A stretch of DNA of 4,314 bases from a virus. Lineage: Duplodnaviria > Heunggongvirae > Uroviricota > Caudoviricetes. The notes beneath the pieces are model-generated. The model did not search any database. It was not told the DNA's origin and worked only from the letters and a program-made list of their open reading frames with translations. A program made the translations under genes and the position numbers. Positions 1 through 4,314 of the stretch are shown piece by piece (position 1 is the first letter of the stretch; the number at the start of each line of letters is the position of its first letter). The stretch lies in IMG/VR virus record IMGVR_UViG_2671180460_000009. One strand, 5' to 3'.

Positions 1-315
1 CATCTGAGTGACGGTTCTTTATGGGATCGCCAGGCTTTTCCGGACACCACAATCCTTGAGATCCGTCCCCGGAAAAGACTGAAACATGCAGGTGATGGTG
101 GCAACAGTGGCGGTCTGCTCAGTTTCACATCGGCACATACCGACGCCTGGCGTCAGCAGGGCTACGAGGACACGATGTTGACGATGGAGCATATCCGGAA
201 ACCGCTGGCGGCGCGTCAGGTACTGTCCCGGTCAGAAACGGTGTTGCAGAAAAGTCTGGAGAAAACGGAAGAGGCAGATTCGGCACTGAGAAACGCGATG
301 GCCCGGATTAAATAA
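1..315 (+). CDS. 3' end of an upstream protein-coding gene (5' end outside window); possibly the island GTPase (YfjP/YkfA/YeeP family), but identity not established
   Basis: Frame 1 is open from position 1 to TAA at 313..315 (105 codons, checked codon by codon); GC-rich, coding-like composition; followed by an intrinsic terminator. The GTPase guess is only by synteny with K-12 CP4 islands, where a GTPase precedes the DUF932 gene. Confidence 0.6.
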   Translation, partial: HLSDGSLWDRQAFPDTTILEIRPRKRLKHAGDGGNSGGLLSFTSAHTDAWRQQGYEDTMLTMEHIRKPLAARQVLSRSETVLQKSLEKTEEADSALRNAMARIK

Positions 316-330
316 AGACGCTCCGGAGAA

Positions 331-358
331 ACGCCACCGCCTGTGGTGGTGTTTTTCT
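331..358 (+). terminator. Rho-independent terminator of the upstream gene
   Basis: ACGCCACC (331..338) pairs with GGTGGTGT (345..352) as an 8 bp stem with one G-U wobble, 6 nt loop GCCTGT, followed by a T-run (352..356), 16 nt after the TAA stop. Confidence 0.55.
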
Positions 359-359
359 G

Positions 360-443
360 GCTGGTGTTATTGAAAATATTTTCAGATATATATTACCTGG
401 ACGATGGTTAAGATTAATTTATTTAATTTTGGAGAGAAAACTC
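360..443 (+). promoter_or_regulatory. Putative promoter and ribosome-binding region for the first cargo gene
   Basis: AT-rich intergenic DNA; TTGAAA (370..375) is a possible -35, with several TATA-like hexamers downstream but none at ideal spacing; Shine-Dalgarno GGAGAG at 431..436, 7 nt before ATG 444. Promoter hexamers are by eye only. Confidence 0.3.
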
Positions 444-902
444 ATGAAACTGTTAAACATTCTTTTATCTGTTGTTTTAACTGTAAGTGCAACCGTCGCA
501 CAAGCAGAATCGGCATTGTGGAAGCGTAACAGTGTTGCCGGAACTGATATGTTCAGTATTGGTAATGTTTCTATTAACTGCACGACTAATCCAGAAGACA
601 ACAATTTGCTACCGCACTATGTGTGGATTTACGGTCATACCCCCACCCCGCTAAATCAGTACGATTCTGATATCATTTTTATCATCAACGGTAAAGAGTA
701 TCCGGTCCCACCTGTCGACGGAACACGAATGAATGAGAACGAATGGGTACACTTTATCGATGCTATCGGTGAAGCCACGAAGTTCGACGTTTTAGTAAAC
801 GGTAAGAAAGTTGACAGCTATACCACAAATATCAAAAATGTGAAAAAGATTTTGGGTAACAAATTCTACGGCAGCTGCTGGAGCACCTGGTTCCAGGAAT
901 AA
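444..902 (+). CDS. Exported hypothetical protein, 152 aa, cleavable Sec signal peptide, two cysteines
   Basis: ATG 444 preceded by GGAGAG; N-terminus MKLLNILLSVVLTVSATVAQA|E has a basic residue, hydrophobic core and AQA signal peptidase I site; Cys46 and Cys145 in the mature part; AT-rich codon usage. The ORF-track start at 429 is a TTG with no better RBS. No family recognised. Confidence 0.8.
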   Translation: MKLLNILLSVVLTVSATVAQAESALWKRNSVAGTDMFSIGNVSINCTTNPEDNNLLPHYVWIYGHTPTPLNQYDSDIIFIINGKEYPVPPVDGTRMNENEWVHFIDAIGEATKFDVLVNGKKVDSYTTNIKNVKKILGNKFYGSCWSTWFQE

Positions 903-1027
903 TTGATAACGTGGTGTAAAACACCTCAGTTTAATTTAATACAGTGAGTGAAAATGAATATCATAAAAATATTTTCTGCTTCAGATGTCACATATTTTAT
1001 TAACTGAATGATTAACAGGAGAATCAG

Positions 1028-1567
1028 ATGAACTGGCATTATGAAAAAAATGGTGTACGTTATGATAACGTAACAGAGGAAGATATTATTGAACGTATCC
1101 GCCGTGGTGAACTGAATGCATCAACACTGGTGTGGCAATAGGGCATGCTGGAATGGCAGCCAGTTTCAGCCACATCACTGGCGGAAATACTGAAACAAAG
1201 TGAAGTTCCTCCGGCCCTTCCGGGTCACCGCATTCCCGGAGGCGTTGTCTGGACGCTGGCATTTGCCCCTTTGATTGGATACATACTTGAGATGTGGACT
1301 GCCGGGCTGAACGGTATGTCATTTGAACGGGCTTATGATGCAGTCAGCGAAGGCCAGTACTGGTTTATCTCTCTGATTCTGAATATTGCTCTGGGATATC
1401 TGGATGAACGAAAACTCCGTAAATCTGGCGTGGATACCACAGCATTTGGCTGGCTGGCATGGTTGATCCCGGTTTATCTGTGGCGTCGGGCAAAAATCCT
1501 CGGGCAAAAACCTGCTTATTTCTGGGTCTGGTTGGTTATGCTGATACTGGTGTTATTTACGGTCTGA
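1028..1567 (+). pseudogene. DUF4339 (GYF-like) domain fused to a 3-4 helix membrane region, interrupted by an in-frame amber codon at 1139..1141
   Basis: ATG 1028 has a strong AGGAG at 1017..1021 (6 nt spacing) and encodes MNWHYEKNGVRYDNVTEEDIIERIRRGELNASTLVWQ, then TAG, then the same frame continues as GMLEWQPVSA... into the 1145..1567 ORF. The W-Y-x-NG ... TLVW-x-x-GM-x-W pattern matches DUF4339 as I remember it, and the stop falls inside that motif. Downstream hydrophobic runs (VVWTLAFAPLIGYILEMWTAGL, YWFISLILNIALGYL, AFGWLAWLIPVYLW, AYFWVWLVMLILVLFTV) look like TM helices. ATG 1145 has no convincing RBS. Confidence 0.65.
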
Positions 1568-1836
1568 TATTCTTTATCGCAGAGTTTACTAAATAATCAG
1601 GTTATTAGTGTTCTTAACAGGTAAATGATGTTCATCATGGAACGGATATATTTTATTTGATTCAGGAGACAGTCAGAAACATAGTATAAATATATCGCCA
1701 TGTTGAAGGTCATATCTTCAGGTATTTGTTTAATAAACAAGTCGGGAGTTAATCCTGACCTCTCGAGTGGATTATAAGTATTGCAGAAACAGTTTTTATA
1801 CTTTTATTTAATATCAGAAACAATGGAGTATTTATC

Positions 1837-2250
1837 ATGAAAAATATCATCACTATTTTAATGATTGCAGTTATCAGTTTCTTTACTGCTAATGTATCAG
1901 CAAACAATGCCGTTCCTTTACCAACCAACCTGACTGATGTTACTGACGGTACAGAATTCTGGTGTCAGGGTACTGATACTATCGACGGAGGTTGTGAATA
2001 CCTGGGCACATCCAAAGACATGCAATACGGTCTGGTACACGCCATGGGGGGTACAGCGTGCTGGGATGGTTTATACGGCGTAATTAATTTCTATACCGGT
2101 AAAGCCCAGACCATCAAATACAACAACAATCAAAGTTGTGAAGGCAACATCACCGCCAGTTTCGTTACCCTGAAAAACGGTAAACCGGGCGTTAAACTTT
2201 ACGACAATACGATTCATAAGGTTGTCGGGCTTGACGAAATCAAATTTTAA
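1837..2250 (+). CDS. Exported hypothetical protein, 137 aa, cleavable Sec signal peptide, four cysteines
   Basis: ATG 1837 with GGAG at 1825..1828 (8 nt spacing); N-terminus MKNIITILMIAVISFFTANVSA|NN is a typical signal peptide with a VSA cleavage site; Cys43, Cys53, Cys75, Cys101 in the mature part; AT-rich codon usage; strong terminator 50 nt downstream. No family recognised. Confidence 0.8.
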   Translation: MKNIITILMIAVISFFTANVSANNAVPLPTNLTDVTDGTEFWCQGTDTIDGGCEYLGTSKDMQYGLVHAMGGTACWDGLYGVINFYTGKAQTIKYNNNQSCEGNITASFVTLKNGKPGVKLYDNTIHKVVGLDEIKF

Positions 2251-2300
2251 TGTATGAATTATAGTATCTTATCTGCGCGTTATTAATATCAAATGTAAAT

Positions 2301-2336
2301 AAAGCCCCGGCCATTATGGCAGGGGCTTTATTTTTA
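2301..2336 (+). terminator. Strong Rho-independent terminator after the second exported-protein gene, possibly bidirectional
   Basis: AAAGCCCCGGCC (2301..2312) pairs with GGCAGGGGCTTT (2318..2329) as a 12 bp stem with one internal mismatch, 5 nt loop ATTAT, followed by ATTTTTA (2330..2336); an A-rich tract lies upstream (2291..2303), so it could also terminate minus-strand transcripts. Confidence 0.75.
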
Positions 2337-2629
2337 CTGAAAATACATGACGGGCTGTACATTACTTTTATTTTCCGAAGACCCTTTCTCACGCAAACAG
2401 ACAGTTGCTGTCATAACAGCTTACCGCAATGTGTTTATCCAGGAATGCATTTCCGGCGGATTATCCGCAACGCGGAAGGTCAGCGACGCTGGCGCTGCCG
2501 GAATTCTGAACCCGATGTAGGCAAATAACTTAATGCGTGGCTCACCAGTGAAGGGCTTCCCGGACAATAAACCTCATTCATTTCACCCATCAGGCCGCGT
2601 CTTCTCCGGGAGACGCGGCTTTTTCATTT
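2337..2629 (+). ncRNA. Candidate small RNA or regulatory leader bracketed by two terminators (hypothetical)
   Basis: About 260 bp with no ORF carrying a credible RBS; the only + strand ORFs here (70 aa at 2316..2528, which starts inside the terminator stem, and 57 aa at 2347..2520) lack a Shine-Dalgarno. The stretch is bounded by the terminator at 2301..2336 and ends in a second perfect terminator hairpin at 2594..2629. No RNA family recognised. Confidence 0.25.
2594..2629 (+). terminator. Rho-independent terminator or attenuator hairpin 40 bp upstream of the DUF932 gene
   Basis: GCCGCGTCT (2594..2602) pairs perfectly with AGACGCGGC (2611..2619), 9 bp GC-rich stem, 8 nt loop, followed by TTTTT (2620..2624) and CATTTA. 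Confidence 0.6.
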
Positions 2630-2669
2630 ATTACACCAGTAAATCTTAACCACCGATAAGGAGCAAATT

Positions 2670-3488
2670 ATGCGACTAGCCAGTCGTTTTGGTTATGCGA
2701 ACCAGATACGCCGTGACCGTCCGCTGACACACGAAGAACTGATGCACTATGTGCCGGGGATTTTCGGGGAAGATAAACACACGTCCCGAAGCCAGAACTA
2801 TACGTACATCCCCACCATCACCGTACTGGAAAGCCTGCAGCGGGAGGGCTTTCAGCCCTTCTTCGCCTGTCAGACCCGCGTACGTGACCCGGGCCGCCGG
2901 GAATACACCAAACACATGTTGCGTCTGCGGCGGGCCGGAGAGATAAACGGACAACATGTCCCTGAAATTATTCTGCTCAACTCCCATGACGGTACCTCCA
3001 GCTACCAGATGCTGCCGGGTTACTTCAGGTTCATCTGCCAGAACGGCTGCGTCTGTGGTCAGTCTCTGGGGGAAGTGCGTGTTCCACACCGGGGAAATGT
3101 AGTGGAGAAAGTTATCGAAGGGGCTTACGAGGTGGTGGGCGTGTTTGACCGGATAGAGGAGAAGCGTGATGCCATGCAGTCGCTGGACCTGCCGCCACCG
3201 GCACGCCAGGCGCTGGCACAGGCGGCACTGACTTACCGTTATGGTGACGAACATCAGCCCGTCACCACCGCCGACATTCTGACGCCACGACGCCGGGAGG
3301 ATTACGGTAAGGACCTGTGGAGTACTTATCAGACCATCCAGGAGAATATGCTGAAAGGCGGGATTTCCGGTCGCAGTGCAAAAGGAAAACGTATCCACAC
3401 CCGTGCCATTCACAGCATCGACACCGATATTAAGCTCAACCGCGCATTGTGGGTAATGGCAGAAACGCTGCTGGAGAGCCTGCGCTGA
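2670..3488 (+). CDS. DUF932 / UPF0380 family protein (YafZ/YfjQ-like)
   Basis: ATG 2670 with AAGGAG at 2658..2663 (6 nt spacing); 272 aa; the translation (MRLASRFG ... ILLNSHDGTSSYQM ... VIEGAYEV ... TPRRREDYGKDLW ... ENMLKGG) resembles the E. coli K-12 prophage UPF0380 proteins YafZ/YfjQ as I recall them; GC-rich backbone composition. Confidence 0.9.
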   Translation: MRLASRFGYANQIRRDRPLTHEELMHYVPGIFGEDKHTSRSQNYTYIPTITVLESLQREGFQPFFACQTRVRDPGRREYTKHMLRLRRAGEINGQHVPEIILLNSHDGTSSYQMLPGYFRFICQNGCVCGQSLGEVRVPHRGNVVEKVIEGAYEVVGVFDRIEEKRDAMQSLDLPPPARQALAQAALTYRYGDEHQPVTTADILTPRRREDYGKDLWSTYQTIQENMLKGGISGRSAKGKRIHTRAIHSIDTDIKLNRALWVMAETLLESLR

Positions 3489-3542
3489 TTCAGCCATTAC
3501 CCTGAAAACCACGCATTTATTTGTCCTTTAAGGAGTCATTTC

Positions 3543-4028
3543 ATGAAAACCATTTCACATAATTCCACCACATCTTCTGTTTCCGTAACCGCTGCATCAG
3601 GGAATGACCAGCCTCAGTTGGTTGCCACCATAGTCCCTGATGAACAGCGCATCAGCTTCTGGCCGCAGCATTTTGGCCTCATTCCACAGTGGGTGACCCT
3701 GGAGCCCAGTGTTTTCGGCTGGATGGACCGTCTGTGCGAAGACTACTGCGGTGGTATCTGGAATCTGTACACTCTGAACAACGGCGGGGCATTTATGGCC
3801 CCCGAACCGGATGACGATGATGACGAAACCTGGATACTGTTCAATGCCATGAACGGCAACCGCGCTGAAATGAGCCCGGAAGCCGCTGGCATTGCTGCCT
3901 GTCTGATGACGTACAGTCATCACGCCTGCCGTACGGAGTGTTATGCCATGACGGTCCATTATTACCGGTTGCGGGATTACGCCCTGCAGCATCCGGAATA
4001 CAGTGCCATTATGCGTATCATCGACTGA
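3543..4028 (+). CDS. Antirestriction protein, ArdB/KlcA family (YfjX/YafX-like)
   Basis: ATG 3543 with AGGAG at 3531..3535 (7 nt spacing); 161 aa; translation closely resembles the K-12 prophage antirestriction proteins YfjX/YafX from memory, including WPQHFGLIPQW, GGIWNLYTLNNGGAFMAPEPDDDDDE and HHACRTECYAMTVHYYRLRDYA. Confidence 0.9.
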   Translation: MKTISHNSTTSSVSVTAASGNDQPQLVATIVPDEQRISFWPQHFGLIPQWVTLEPSVFGWMDRLCEDYCGGIWNLYTLNNGGAFMAPEPDDDDDETWILFNAMNGNRAEMSPEAAGIAACLMTYSHHACRTECYAMTVHYYRLRDYALQHPEYSAIMRIID

Positions 4029-4042
4029 GCAGGAGCGGACCC

Positions 4043-4314
4043 ATGCAACAGCTTTCCTTTCTGCCCGGAGAGATGACGCCCGGCGAGCGCAGCCTCATTC
4101 TGCGGGCCCTGAAAACCCTGGACCGCCATCTTCATGAACCCGGCGTGGCCTTCACCTCCACGCATGCGGCACGGGAATGGCTGATTCTGAACATGGCGGG
4201 ACTGGAGCGTGAAGAATTCCGGGTGCTGTATCTGAATAACCAGAATCAGCTGATTGCCGGTGAAACCCTCTTCACCGGCACCATCAACCGCACGGAAGTC
4301 CATCCCCGGGAAGT
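4043..4314 (+). CDS. RadC-like JAB-domain protein (UPF0758; YeeS/YfjY/YkfG-like), 5' portion, continues beyond window
   Basis: ATG 4043 with AGGAG at 4031..4035 (7 nt spacing), 14 nt after the upstream stop, which suggests translational coupling; translation MQQLSFLPGEMTPGERSLILRALKTLDRHLHEPGVAFTSTHAAREWLILNMAGLEREEFRVLYLNNQNQLIAGETLFTGTINRTEVHPREV matches the N-terminal part of the prophage RadC-like proteins; frame stays open to the window end. Confidence 0.9.
   Translation, partial: MQQLSFLPGEMTPGERSLILRALKTLDRHLHEPGVAFTSTHAAREWLILNMAGLEREEFRVLYLNNQNQLIAGETLFTGTINRTEVHPRE

Larger units (their letters stand above)
1..4314. mobile_element. Segment of an integrative genomic island or cryptic prophage of the CP4-like family (no integrase or att site in window)
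   Basis: The DUF932 - ArdB/KlcA antirestriction - RadC-like gene order is the conserved backbone of enterobacterial tRNA-associated islands such as E. coli K-12 CP4-6, CP4-44 and CP4-57; an AT-rich cargo block is inserted upstream. The island call rests on gene content alone. Confidence 0.5.

Noticed and set aside
367-379. Imperfect 13-bp direct repeat (TTATTGAAAATAT at 367..379 and TTACTGAAAATAC at 2334..2346), each just after a terminator at the cargo edges, as a possible insertion-site duplication
   Set aside because: An 11/13 match in AT-rich DNA is expected many times by chance in a 4.3 kb window (my rough estimate is on the order of a hundred pairs), so it is not evidence of a target-site duplication by itself.
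429-443. TTG start at 429 that the ORF track uses, adding MERKL to the N-terminus
   Set aside because: ATG 444 sits 7 nt after GGAGAG and gives a canonical signal peptide; starting at 429 would place the start codon on top of the RBS.
419-604. 61-aa minus-strand ORF overlapping the start of the first exported-protein gene
   Set aside because: Antisense to a gene with clear RBS and signal peptide; no independent support.
912-936. Short hairpin GGTGT-AAA-ACACC after the first exported-protein gene as a terminator
   Set aside because: Only a 4-5 bp stem with a very short loop and no clean T-run; too weak to call, so the gene may be co-transcribed with the downstream gene.
1139-1141. Programmed amber read-through or pyrrolysine decoding
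   Set aside because: Pyrrolysine machinery is not known in Enterobacterales and there is no evident read-through context; nonsense mutation or sequencing error is far more likely.
1086-1507. Minus-strand ORFs of 78 aa (1086..1322) and 62 aa (1319..1507) overlapping the DUF4339-membrane gene
   Set aside because: Embedded antisense in a gene with a strong RBS and coherent domain architecture; low-complexity translations with no start context.
1145-1567. Treating the 140-aa ORF as an independent intact gene
   Set aside because: It is in frame with the RBS-equipped ORF starting at 1028, separated only by one TAG inside a conserved domain motif, and has no RBS of its own, so a disrupted single gene is more parsimonious.
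2316-2528. 70-aa + strand ORF, and a 57-aa ORF at 2347..2520, in the terminator-bracketed region
   Set aside because: The first ATG lies inside the terminator stem; neither has a Shine-Dalgarno; translations are unremarkable. Treated as non-coding, though a small protein cannot be fully excluded without expression data.
2749-2946. 65-aa + strand ORF in an alternative frame inside the DUF932 gene
   Set aside because: Out-of-frame overlap with a recognised gene; Arg/Pro/Gly/Ser-rich translation typical of an off-frame GC-rich artefact.
2676-3512. 278-aa minus-strand ORF fully overlapping the DUF932 gene (longer than the sense ORF)
   Set aside because: The + strand ORF has a canonical AAGGAG RBS and a recognisable DUF932/UPF0380 protein; long antisense ORFs are common in GC-rich coding DNA and this one has no RBS or recognisable product.
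3597-3992. 131-aa minus-strand ORF inside the antirestriction gene
   Set aside because: Antisense to a confidently identified gene; no RBS; an artefact of GC-rich sequence.
3977-4303. 108-aa minus-strand ORF overlapping the RadC-like gene
   Set aside because: Antisense to a confidently identified gene; no supporting signals.
1-4314. CRISPR arrays, tRNA/rRNA genes, IS elements or inverted repeats
   Set aside because: No tandem or spaced direct repeats, no tRNA-like or rRNA-like sequence, and no transposase-like ORF or terminal inverted repeats were seen on reading the sequence.

Overview
The window looks like part of an Enterobacterales-type integrative genomic island (CP4-like family), read entirely on the + strand. 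The right half (2670..4314) is a conserved, GC-rich backbone operon that I recognise from protein sequence: a DUF932/UPF0380 protein (YafZ/YfjQ-like), an ArdB/KlcA-family antirestriction protein (YfjX/YafX-like), and the 5' part of a RadC-like JAB-domain protein (YeeS/YfjY/YkfG-like). The left edge (1..315) is the 3' end of a GC-rich gene followed by an intrinsic terminator. Between them (about 360..2336) sits a visibly AT-rich cargo block that I cannot assign to any known family: two small Sec-signal-peptide, cysteine-containing exported proteins (444..902 and 1837..2250) flanking a gene for a DUF4339 (GYF-like) domain fused to a 3-4 helix membrane region. That middle gene is broken by an in-frame TAG at 1139..1141. 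A ~260 bp non-coding stretch bracketed by two strong terminator hairpins (2301..2336 and 2594..2629) lies just upstream of the backbone operon and may be an sRNA or attenuator. No rRNA, tRNA, CRISPR array, IS element or integrase is visible. All family assignments are from reading the translations, not from searches, and GC differences are judged by eye.
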